This document shows, piece by piece, positions 38,891-47,332 of a stretch of 50,397 nt of DNA (position 1 is the stretch's first letter; the number at the start of each line of letters is the position of its first letter). The stretch is from the NCBI GenBank assembly GCA_041309665.1, contig JBFYZE010000088.1:1-50397 (forward strand). The letters run 5' to 3'. The position numbers and the translations under genes are program-made. This DNA is from Gemmatimonadales bacterium (GTDB lineage Bacteria; Gemmatimonadota; Gemmatimonadetes; Longimicrobiales; Gaopeijiaceae). Below the pieces are notes generated by a model that had not been told where the DNA came from, searched no databases, and worked only from the letters and a program-made list of their open reading frames with translations.

Positions 38891-40000
38891 CTACCTCACC
38901 CTCACCACCCCCTCCACCCCCCTCTTCAGATACCCCAGCGCCACCGTCTGCGCGAACCTCGGCGACTCGACCGCGGACGTGACGCGCCCCACGGGCTTCT
39001 CGCTCCCCTCCACGAAGAGCTCCGCCCCCGGCTTCGGCGCCGGCACATCCCCCAGCATGAGCTGGCGCAGCTCCCGGTTCACGTGCCCCCGGTCGCGGAT
39101 GCGGACGATGACCTCCTGCCCCGTGTAGCAGCCCTTGGCGTAGTCGATGGCCCGCTCGTGGATCCCGGCCTCCACGGGAATCGTGGCCTCGTCCATGTCC
39201 GTGCCGTACGCCGGCCGCCCGGCCTCCACGCGAAGCGTGGTCCACACGCCCAGGCCCGCAGGATGTGCGCCACCGTGGAGCAGCGCCTCCCAGAGCGCCT
39301 CCACCACACCGGCGGGCCCGTACACCGTGTACGCCTCGGGCCACACCTCGGCGGTGCGCACGACGTAAACGCCGTCGGTGCGGCCGGGCCCGCCATCGCC
39401 GGCCGCCCCGCTCCCCACCATCCTCCACGCGCCTTCAGGCAACGCCGACATCTCGTGGGACTCCACCCTCAGCCCCAGGGCGAGGCGGGACACGTGCCGC
39501 GCCGCCGCCGGCCCCACCACCGAGATGGACGCGGTGGTGTGGCTCTCGTCCTCCACCTTCGCCAGCCGCGGCGGGAGGAACTTCCGCAGGTGGTCGAGGA
39601 GACCCTCCCGTCCGGCCACGGGCACGTCGAGGAGGAAGTCGGCGGCCGTCTCCGACTCGGCGCGGCACAGGCACCAGAGATCGGTGATCATCCTCCCCTT
39701 GGGGGTGAGCACCGCGTGGTACGTCGCGGCGCCGCCCAGGACGCCATCCCCCGCCGCAGCCGGCGGTGCCGGGATCCTCCCGGTAAGGATCCCGTTGAGC
39801 ATCTGACGGGGCGAGCGTCCCGTGACCGCCAGGCGGGCCCGGTGGCTCCGGTCGAAGGCCGCCACGGTCACGGTGGCCGCAACGTATTCGCTGTGCGGAT
39901 CGCCGAAGTGGCGGACCAGCATCTGGCCATGGTAGTCCCCGGTGACGCCGCCCCGGGCCCTCATGGCGTCGAGGAGAGGGGACGGGTGAGCGTGGCTCAC
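38891..40000 (-). CDS. Folate-binding aminomethyltransferase-fold protein (YgfZ/GcvT family)
   Basis: A GTG start at 40000 follows a GGGAGGAG SD and overlaps the upstream stop (GTGA). DRSHRARLAVTG and the C-terminal KGCYTGQEVIVRIRDRG motif are present. Confidence 0.8.
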   Translation of the reverse strand: MSHAHPSPLLDAMRARGGVTGDYHGQMLVRHFGDPHSEYVAATVTVAAFDRSHRARLAVTGRSPRQMLNGILTGRIPAPPAAAGDGVLGGAATYHAVLTPKGRMITDLWCLCRAESETAADFLLDVPVAGREGLLDHLRKFLPPRLAKVEDESHTTASISVVGPAAARHVSRLALGLRVESHEMSALPEGAWRMVGSGAAGDGGPGRTDGVYVVRTAEVWPEAYTVYGPAGVVEALWEALLHGGAHPAGLGVWTTLRVEAGRPAYGTDMDEATIPVEAGIHERAIDYAKGCYTGQEVIVRIRDRGHVNRELRQLMLGDVPAPKPGAELFVEGSEKPVGRVTSAVESPRFAQTVALGYLKRGVEGVVRVR

Positions 40001-40857
40001 AGCTCCTCCCTCTCCTCCTCTTTCATGGGGCGGCCTGCCCGCAGGCCCTCCACCAGGGCCCGGATCCTGTCCGCGTCCCCGGCGCCCGGCGCGAGCGCCA
40101 GGTACGCCCGGAGTTGCTCCGCCGCCTCCGTGCTCCGACCCAGCCTGGCCAGGAGGAGGCCGCGCGCGCGCAGGTCTCCCCTGGACGTGGGCTGCAGGAT
40201 GAGGAGGCGCTCCACCGCCGCCAGGGCGCGGGCGTGGTCGGACACGTTCACGTACACGCTCTTCAGGTTCGACAGGAGGCGGACGAGCATGTCGCGCTTC
40301 GTCGCCTTCCGCAGGAAGGACTCCTGCACGCGGATCATCCCGCCGTAGACCTGGTCGAGGAGCTCCTGCGCCTGGTCCTCGAAGCGGACCTTGCCCCCGT
40401 CGAAGGGATCCAGGAGGAGGCTCAGGGCGTCTCCCCGGTAGCGCACGAGGAAGTGGCTGGGGAAGCCCACCCCCTCCAGGGGGAGGTGGAGGCGCCACCC
40501 CACCTCGAGGAGGATCATCCCCAGGGTGAGGGGGATCCCCGTCCCGCGGTCCAGGACGTCGTTGAGGAAGGAGTTCCGGGGGTCGTAGTAGGCTTCCCTG
40601 TTCCCCGTGAGGTGCCGCCGCTCGAAGAGCATCTCCAGGAGCTCCTCCAGGACCACCATGGGCGCCGTCTCGTCGGCCAGGCGGTCCTTCACCTCTTCCG
40701 CCATCTGGTCCAGGCGGGCCAGGTAGAGCTCCACCGGGATCTGGGGATACTCCTCCTGGGCGACGAGGAGCGCCGCCCGGGCCAAGCTCATCTCGGCTTC
40801 GGGGCGCGCCACCTCGGAGGCGAAGAGGCGACGGGGATGGGAAGCGCCTGCTGCCAT
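39997..40857 (-). CDS. SirB1/UPF0162-like protein (transglutaminase-like fold plus TPR tail)
   Basis: ATG at 40857. NSFLNDVLDRGTGIPLTLGMILLEVGWRLHLPLEGVGFPSHFLVRY is typical of the family. The C-terminus is TPR-like. Confidence 0.7.
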   Translation of the reverse strand: MAAGASHPRRLFASEVARPEAEMSLARAALLVAQEEYPQIPVELYLARLDQMAEEVKDRLADETAPMVVLEELLEMLFERRHLTGNREAYYDPRNSFLNDVLDRGTGIPLTLGMILLEVGWRLHLPLEGVGFPSHFLVRYRGDALSLLLDPFDGGKVRFEDQAQELLDQVYGGMIRVQESFLRKATKRDMLVRLLSNLKSVYVNVSDHARALAAVERLLILQPTSRGDLRARGLLLARLGRSTEAAEQLRAYLALAPGAGDADRIRALVEGLRAGRPMKEEEREEL

Positions 40858-40938
40858 GCTCGTGGGGAAGTTCTCCCTGGCGTTGCTCGTGGGTCCTAGA
40901 TTCTGACCGTCACGCACCCGAACCCGGACGGCGCGCCC

Positions 40939-41616
40939 ATGCGTACCCTCGCGAAGCCGATGGTTTCCCTCCTGGCCCTGGCCGCGCTCTTCGCGGTCCC
41001 GCCCTCCCCGGGCCGTGCGCAATCGGTGGTGGTGGGCGGCGTGGCGGGAGCGAACCGTTCCATCGAGCTCCTGGAGCGCGCGTCGGACTCGGAGTCGAGG
41101 AACGGGTTCGTGGCCGGCGCATGGGTGGACGTGGAGACGCCCAAGCCTCTCCTGCACGTCCTCGCCGAGGCGGCGTACGCGCGGCGTGGGGGCCGCTTCC
41201 CGCTGGGGGGCGCCAGCGGCCTGATCGGCGAGGTGGAATCGGATTGGGTCGCCCTCACCGTGGCGCCCGTGTTGCACGTCGGCATCGGCCCCGTGGCCGC
41301 CTACGCCTATGGCGGGCCGACGCTGGAGATGCCGGTGCGCACCCGCACGGCCGCCGAGCTGGACAACGCCTACGCCGCTCCGTCGGACCAGGGCTTCTCG
41401 GTCACCGCGGGCGCGGGCCTCGAAGGGCGCACGGACGGCTGGTCCGTGCGTGGAGAGGCCCGCGTCGTCCAGGGCCTGTCGTCGTCGTACTCGGGGAGCG
41501 CCGGGGACCTGCGCCACAGATCCGTGGAGATGGTGATGAGGGTGGGCAGGAGGACTCAGGGCCCCAGTGCGCCGATGGGGACGACGGCGATGCCGTCGTC
41601 GCGCCGGTATCCGTAA
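40939..41616 (+). CDS. Small outer-membrane beta-barrel protein (porin-family-like)
   Basis: Signal peptide (LLALAALFAVPPSPGRAQ). Alternating hydrophobic strands. The last 61 nt overlap the convergent ATPase gene, so the true C-terminus is uncertain. Confidence 0.55.
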   Translation: MRTLAKPMVSLLALAALFAVPPSPGRAQSVVVGGVAGANRSIELLERASDSESRNGFVAGAWVDVETPKPLLHVLAEAAYARRGGRFPLGGASGLIGEVESDWVALTVAPVLHVGIGPVAAYAYGGPTLEMPVRTRTAAELDNAYAAPSDQGFSVTAGAGLEGRTDGWSVRGEARVVQGLSSSYSGSAGDLRHRSVEMVMRVGRRTQGPSAPMGTTAMPSSRRYP

Positions 41617-42812
41617 CCGGTGGCGGTGAGCACGGCGAGCACTCCAGGCTTCCCGACGCGGGTGAGGTCGAGGTGCTGGGAGAACCGCAAGAGGCTCGCC
41701 GCACCCTCCTCGATCCGGTGGGGCCCCAGCTTCACTTCGAAGGCACCCCAGCGACCATCCCGGGCCCGGACGATCGCATCGACCTCCAGTCCGTTGCTGT
41801 CGCGGTACTGAAGGACGTCGGCATCCAGGGTCTGACCGTAGATCCGGAGATCGCGCACCGCGAGGGACTCGAAGAGCAACCCGAAGTACTCCAGGTCACC
41901 GAGCAGATCCTGGACGCCGACGCCGAGAGCGGCCACCGCCAGAGAGGGGTCCACGAAGTGGCGCTTGGGGGAGTTCCGCAGCCGCGCCCTCGAGCGGATG
42001 TGGGGACCCCAAGCCGGTTGGTCCTCCAGGACCAGGACGCGTTCCAGAGCCCTCAGGTACTCCCGGGCGGTCTCCCAGTGGAGTGGGCCATCCGTACCCC
42101 CGGCGTCGGCGGCCATCGTGCTGACGTCAACGTACGTGGCGACGTTTCTCGCCACCGACCGAAGGAAGCGGCCGACCCGGTCGGGATCGCGTTCCCTGCC
42201 ATCCACCCTGCTCACGTCGACACGGCGGGTCTCGTCGATGTAGGCCCGTGCTGCGCCGGCGGCCGCCGCTACATCCATGTTCAGGTGGCTCGGCCAACCG
42301 CCCCGCACCACTGCTTCCACGAGGTCCCTCAGCCCGGTCCCGGGGTCTGCAACCCTCGGGGGCTCACCATCGAGGAGGGCTCGGAGCGACACAGACCCCG
42401 TCGAAATCCCTCCTTCGAAGAGGCTCATGGGCCGCATCCGGAGGCGCACGAACCGTCCCGCTCCGGAGTGGCGCGTCAGGTCGTCTGCCGGCATGGCCGA
42501 TCCGGTCAGAAGGAACTGGCCGGGCGTGCCACGGTCGTCCACGGCGCGGCGCACGTGATTCCAGAGCCGTGGCACCGTCTGCCACTCGTCCAGGAGTCGC
42601 GGCGCGTCGCCTTCCAGAACCAGCCCCGGGTCGATCTGTGCCGCAGCGCGCAGGTTCTCGTCGGTGTCGAGCAGCGCCTCGCTCCGTGCGAACCGGCGGG
42701 CAGTCGACGTCTTCCCGCACGCCCTCGGCCCTTCCAGCACCACCGCGCCCATCGAAGAGAGCGCGGACGCGATTTCCTTCTCGACGATGCGTGGCAGATA
42801 CGACGCAGACAC
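41556..42812 (-). CDS. AAA-family ATPase with C-terminal DUF4143-type domain
   Basis: GTG start. Walker A is GPRACGKTS. RLLDEWQ and FLLTGSA motifs are typical of AAA_14/DUF4143 proteins. Confidence 0.8.
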   Translation of the reverse strand: MSASYLPRIVEKEIASALSSMGAVVLEGPRACGKTSTARRFARSEALLDTDENLRAAAQIDPGLVLEGDAPRLLDEWQTVPRLWNHVRRAVDDRGTPGQFLLTGSAMPADDLTRHSGAGRFVRLRMRPMSLFEGGISTGSVSLRALLDGEPPRVADPGTGLRDLVEAVVRGGWPSHLNMDVAAAAGAARAYIDETRRVDVSRVDGRERDPDRVGRFLRSVARNVATYVDVSTMAADAGGTDGPLHWETAREYLRALERVLVLEDQPAWGPHIRSRARLRNSPKRHFVDPSLAVAALGVGVQDLLGDLEYFGLLFESLAVRDLRIYGQTLDADVLQYRDSNGLEVDAIVRARDGRWGAFEVKLGPHRIEEGAASLLRFSQHLDLTRVGKPGVLAVLTATGYGYRRDDGIAVVPIGALGP

Positions 42813-43057
42813 GGTGTTGCTCGCGGCCGGGAGGAAGAACGGACTCTACGCCGTAGGGGTTCTATCGCCCCCAAGGTACCTGCGGAGCCTCATGGACCGC
42901 AAGGCGTAACCGATATATAGCAGGTCTAGCAGCCGCGATAAAGCAGACATCCGCACCGGCAATGCGCAGCCATCTGAGCCGAGACTTGGCAGCTCCGGTG
43001 GCAGTTGCCCGTGACATCAAGCCAGCTGGCGGGCCACGGGGACGGTCCTGGCGGCTC

Positions 43058-43465
43058 CTACCCCAACTCCTCCAGCAGCTGCGTCGGCGTCCTCGCAGGC
43101 ACCGGCGACTTCCTGAAGTCCTTCACGTTCCGCGTGGCGATGTACTGGGCGCCGCAGGCGCGCGCGGCCGCCACCTGCATGGCGCCCTCCAGGTCAGAAA
43201 GAGGGAGCGACGCGGCATAGCGGAGATCGTCCGTGTCGGTGGGAGCGACGGTCACGAATCCGGTGAGATCCAGGAGGAAGTCCCGAGCCTCCCGTGCTCC
43301 CCTCGTGGGGCGCACCAGGTAGAAGAAATTCGCCACCGTGTGCCAGGCCACGAACGCCATCCTTGGACGCCGCTCCAGCAGCTCCAGGAGGGCGCTGGAC
43401 GCCTCGGCGTGGGGCGGACGGTCCAGCGCCACGTCCAGGAGCACGCCCGTGTCGAGGAGGATCAC
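43058..43465 (-). CDS. Type II toxin, PIN-domain protein
   Basis: A GTG start at 43465 overlaps the antitoxin stop (GTGA). VILLDTGVLLDVAL and YIATRNVKDF motifs are present. Confidence 0.8.
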   Translation of the reverse strand: MILLDTGVLLDVALDRPPHAEASSALLELLERRPRMAFVAWHTVANFFYLVRPTRGAREARDFLLDLTGFVTVAPTDTDDLRYAASLPLSDLEGAMQVAAARACGAQYIATRNVKDFRKSPVPARTPTQLLEELG

Positions 43466-43683
43466 AGGTACTTCTCCGCCAGGGCCCGATATCGTTCGTC
43501 CTCTTTCTCGGCTGGCACGAACCGTCCTCTCCACCTGGCGGCGAACGACGGCCGGTCCGGCTCGGACATCCCCCGCAGCGCGTCCTCGATGAGGGAGGAG
43601 AGGGACACCCCTCTGGCGCGAGCGTATCGCTTCGCCTTCGGGAGGATCTCCCGGTCCACGGTGACGGTGAGCTTGGTCTTCAT
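43462..43683 (-). CDS. Type II antitoxin (ribbon-helix-helix-like, 73 aa)
   Basis: ATG at 43683. MKTKLTVTVDREILPKAKRYARARGVSLSSLIEDAL is the N-terminal sequence. Confidence 0.7.
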   Translation of the reverse strand: MKTKLTVTVDREILPKAKRYARARGVSLSSLIEDALRGMSEPDRPSFAARWRGRFVPAEKEDERYRALAEKYL

Positions 43684-43718
43684 GGTATACGTGTTGCAAG
43701 AGACGTATACGTATAATG
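43684..43718 (-). promoter_or_regulatory. Candidate operator/promoter: repeated GTATAC palindromes upstream of the RHH antitoxin
   Basis: GTATAC occurs at 43685..43690 and 43705..43710, with GTATAA at 43711..43716. This AT-rich patch directly abuts ATG 43683. Confidence 0.35.
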
Positions 43719-43720
43719 TG

Positions 43721-43739
43721 GCGGGGGGCGTACCCCCGC
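43721..43739 (-). terminator. Short GC hairpin downstream of the gene ending at 43794
   Basis: GCGGGGG-GCGTA-CCCCCGC forms a 7-bp stem. Confidence 0.35.
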
Positions 43740-43793
43740 AACGATCGGGTGGATCGGGCTCCACCCCGACGTTCCGAGGCTGGAGCCCGCCCC

Positions 43794-44543
43794 TCAGGTG
43801 GGTGCCCCACCCTCGCGCGTGGCCTCCTCCTCCGCCATCCGCACGAGCGCGACCACGGCCTCGCCAAGATCCTCGTATCGGTCTCCGAGGATCCTCCGCA
43901 CGTCGGCCTCGAGGAGCTGCGCGGGATCCTGCGCGGCGCGCCACTCCGCCACGTGCGCCTTGAGCGCGTCCATCCCCTCGAGTGCGCCTTCCAGGCCCTC
44001 GACGGCCAGGGGCCCGCCCATCTGCCCCACCGCCAGGCCATGCCGCTCCAGCGCCGCATCCAACCCCTCGTCCCACCCGAGCTGTTCGTGCACGACCGTC
44101 CGCGGCGCGGCGGTGGAGGGCGCATGCGGGCCGCGCAGCGTGGTCACGAACCCGACCTCCGGGATCTCCGAGATCAGGAGCATCGCCGGCCCGGCCGGGC
44201 TCAGGCCCAGCCACCCGAACACGGTCCCATCACCCGAGACGAACCACCGGACGGCGGCGGCGGGCTTCCCGTCGCGGTCCAGCTCGTAGAGGTCGCCGAC
44301 CGCGTACAGCCCGGTCCTCTCCAGCTCCGGCTCGGCCCGCGTGAGCCCCATGGCCTCCGGCGCCTCTTCCGGTACGGGGGCATACTGCGGCGACACCCCG
44401 GCCATCCCCCGGAGTTGGACGATGCCCTGCACGACCCCATCGAGCGAGGCGCCGAATTCCCTGGCGCCGCTCCGCAGCCAGAGCACCACGCCGACGCCGA
44501 GGAAGAGCAGGACCGCTGCGGCAACGAGCACGACGGTGAACAT
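43794..44543 (-). CDS. Hypothetical membrane-anchored protein (249 aa)
   Basis: ATG at 44543 follows a GGAAGGAGA SD. It has a single N-terminal TM (MFTVVLVAAAVLLFLGVGVVLWL) and a soluble acidic C-domain. Family not recognised. Confidence 0.55.
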   Translation of the reverse strand: MFTVVLVAAAVLLFLGVGVVLWLRSGAREFGASLDGVVQGIVQLRGMAGVSPQYAPVPEEAPEAMGLTRAEPELERTGLYAVGDLYELDRDGKPAAAVRWFVSGDGTVFGWLGLSPAGPAMLLISEIPEVGFVTTLRGPHAPSTAAPRTVVHEQLGWDEGLDAALERHGLAVGQMGGPLAVEGLEGALEGMDALKAHVAEWRAAQDPAQLLEADVRRILGDRYEDLGEAVVALVRMAEEEATREGGAPT

Positions 44544-44765
44544 GGGATTGTCTCCTTCCCAGGGCGGACGCACACGTGGAACGCCCTTACGGCGATCCAA
44601 TGTCCGCAGCCCTGACTCGCCGCGCCATCTTCTCGGGGTGCGCCGCCGGCATCGTCACATCGACGCGCCCCTTGGCTCCCGGCCTCCCCCGTCCCCACTT
44701 TCCACCGTCGCCGATCCGTGCCGCCCGGGGCGGCATCCCCGTCCACCCCATCCCGAGAGGAGCCC

Positions 44766-45827
44766 ATGGCCGACGAGCCCAGGGACAAGAGGCCGGAGAT
44801 CCGGCTGTCCCAGCTCAGCCACGGCGCCGGTTGAGCCTGTAAGCTCGGGATGTCCGAGCTGACGCAGGTCCTGCGTCACCTGGTGCCGGTGGACGACCCC
44901 AACGCCCTCGTGGATGCCTCCATGGGGGACGACGCCGCCGTCTACCGTATCGCTCCGGACCGCGCCCTCGTGGTCACGGCGGACTTCTTCACGCCCATCC
45001 TGGACGACCCCTTCGACTTCGGGCGCGTCGCGGCGGCCAACGCGCTCTCCGACCTGTACGCCATGGGCGCCCGGCCCCTCTTCGCCCTGAACCTGGTCGG
45101 GTTCCCGCGGAAGCTTCTGGGCGAGGGACTCCTGGAGGAGATCCTCCGGGGCGGTGGCGAGGTGTGCCGCGAGGCCGGGATCCCGGTGCTGGGCGGGCAC
45201 TCCATCGACGACCCGGAGCCCAAGTTCGGGCTCGTGGCGGTGGGGGAGGCGCACCCGGACCGGCTCGTCACCAATGCCGGAGCGCGACCTGGGGATATCC
45301 TCGTCCTCACCAAGCCCCTGGGGGTCGGTGTGGTGGCCACGGCCCTCAAGGCGGGGCAGGCACCGGCGGAGGTGGCGCGGCGGGCCGTGGAGGTCATGGC
45401 CACCCTCAACCGTGACGCCGCCGAGGCGGCGCAGGAATGCGGGGTGCGGGCTGGCACCGACGTGACCGGGTTCGGGCTATTGGGGCATCTGCGGAACCTG
45501 TTGCGGGCGTCGGGCGTCGCGGCCTCGCTCCGGTGGGCCGACGTGCCCCTCCTGGACGGGGCCCGGGAGCTGGCCCTGGCCGGGCACATCCCCGGGGGCA
45601 CCAAGCGCAACCTCTCCGACACCGCCGGGGACGTGACGTGGGGCGCGGCCGTGCCCGACGCTGTGCGCCTCCTCATGGCCGACGCGCAGACGTCGGGGGG
45701 GCTTCTCCTGTGCGTCGCGCCCGAGCGAGTGGGCGAGCTGGTGGCGCGCCTCGAGGGGCGCTCGCCGGCCGCCGCGGTGATCGGCGAGGTGGTGGAGGGG
45801 CGACCGGGCGCGAACACCGTCCGCTGA
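44766..45827 (+). CDS. selD: Selenide, water dikinase (selenophosphate synthetase), selenocysteine-containing form
   Basis: The track ORF 44850..45827 is in frame with ATG 44766. The upstream part reads MADEPRDKRPEIRLSQLSHGAG-TGA-ACKLGMSELTQVL. This matches the SelD N-terminal active-site loop (E. coli IRLTQYSHGAGCGCKI) with TGA (44832..44834) at the Cys/Sec position. A GAGAGGAG SD precedes 44766. Confidence 0.88.
44836..44868 (+). promoter_or_regulatory. Candidate bacterial SECIS hairpin immediately 3' of the selD UGA
   Basis: CCTG-ta-AGCTCGG-GAUGU-CCGAGCT-gacg-CAGG has a 7-bp upper stem, a 5-nt G/U-containing apical loop and a 4-bp lower stem. The loop lies 15-21 nt after the UGA. Confidence 0.55.
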
Positions 45828-45841
45828 GGTGCGGAGCGCGC

Positions 45842-47080
45842 TCAGCCCTCCTCCAGCGCCGAAAGGAGCGCGGCCGCGGCCGCGTCATTCTCGGTGACGT
45901 ACATCCGGAAGGGGAGGATCCCCTGCTTCAGGGCTTCACCGACGAGCGTCTCGTACGTGGACGTCATCCACTCCGCCCGCGCCGCCGTCGTGATCGCGTA
46001 GGCCACGTGCACGTCGCCGGAGCCCCCCGCCTGGATCTGGTCCAGCACCTGATCCAGGCTCGACGTAGCCCAGCTCTGGCCGCCCATGAACTCCGTCCCG
46101 GGGAACGGCGTGCTCGCAGCCGTCGCGCGCGTCCGAGCCTCCCCGAACCTCCCGCCGAAGACCGACCCGCGGAGCCGCCGGAACTCCCCCCATCCCGCCG
46201 CGCGCGCCACGCCGTACACCTCCATGAAAGCGGTGATGAGGGTCGGATTGCCGCAGCAGACGAAGTAGTGCCGGCGGGTGTCGGGACTGGAAGGCGTGTG
46301 CGTGGTGGCCACCGGGGTCGGCACAGTCCCGACGGCCGCGGGAGAGACCACAGGCGCGGTCGCGGGGGCGGCCTGGCGCTCCGGGACCGCCACGGCAGGA
46401 ATGCCCCTGCGCTTCATGTGCTGCGCCACACCCACGTACATGAGCCCGCCGACGATCGCCCCGTTCAGAGCGCCGGTCACCACCCCGCTCAGGGCCATCG
46501 GAATCAGCACCGCCGACCCTGCCATGCCGGCGCCCACATCGCTGGTGAGGAACGACGCAGCCAGGAAGATCGGCGCCGGGACGGCCACACCGGCGGCTCC
46601 GCCGGCGATGAACGCCCGCGGCACGGTTCCCCATCGGCGGACCGCGACGACCAGACCCAGCATGAGAGCCGCGCCATACGCGAAGCCGGAGCCCAGCGAC
46701 AATGGATCGAAGACGGCTCCCACGGTCCACCCTTCGAACGCGACCAGCTTCAGCAGGCCGCGCATGACCGCGCCCGAGGCCGCGGACAGCGCGCCGACAG
46801 TCGCGAGAAGCAGCCCGATCTCCCGCACCCGGTGCAGGACCACCACCATCGCCGCGGCCTCCGCCCCGTTGAGTGCCATCAGCAGCAGGTAGTAAACGAA
46901 CGGGCTCGGGCCGATGTCCACCCCTCTCAGGAGGGGCATGATCATCCACGTGACGCTGGTGATCAACTGGGCGACGAAATACCAGACGCCCACCCGTACG
47001 TTCAGCCCGAAGCGGTCCTGATCGAAGGCCGCGGTGAGTTCCCTGATGTCCCTGTAGGCCGCGACTCCCTGGCTGGCCAT
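45842..47080 (-). CDS. Hypothetical polytopic membrane protein with an unrecognised soluble C-terminal domain
   Basis: ATG at 47080 (MASQGVAAYRD...). About 6-7 Gly/Ala-rich TM helices, then a Pro/Thr/Ala linker. The C-domain of ~150 aa begins RHYFVCCGNPTLITAFMEVYG. Confidence 0.6.
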   Translation of the reverse strand: MASQGVAAYRDIRELTAAFDQDRFGLNVRVGVWYFVAQLITSVTWMIMPLLRGVDIGPSPFVYYLLLMALNGAEAAAMVVVLHRVREIGLLLATVGALSAASGAVMRGLLKLVAFEGWTVGAVFDPLSLGSGFAYGAALMLGLVVAVRRWGTVPRAFIAGGAAGVAVPAPIFLAASFLTSDVGAGMAGSAVLIPMALSGVVTGALNGAIVGGLMYVGVAQHMKRRGIPAVAVPERQAAPATAPVVSPAAVGTVPTPVATTHTPSSPDTRRHYFVCCGNPTLITAFMEVYGVARAAGWGEFRRLRGSVFGGRFGEARTRATAASTPFPGTEFMGGQSWATSSLDQVLDQIQAGGSGDVHVAYAITTAARAEWMTSTYETLVGEALKQGILPFRMYVTENDAAAAALLSALEEG

Positions 47081-47332
47081 TGCGGTGTCCCGGATGAAGT
47101 GGGTGGGACGAGCAGCCCGAACCACTCAGGGCTAATGCTCCAGGAGCGGTGAGGCAACCGACGTCGGCTGCCGGATCGCGCCGCCGGTTCGCCTGGCAGG
47201 CCTTCGTTGCCGCCCCCGGAGCCCGACCGTACTCTGTAGGGCCCGCCGACGCGCTCCCTGGGCACGCGCGGCGGTTCTCGTGACCGGCTGCGCCGGCCCG
47301 CCGGGAGTCCACCAGTCCCCCGCACCCCCCTC

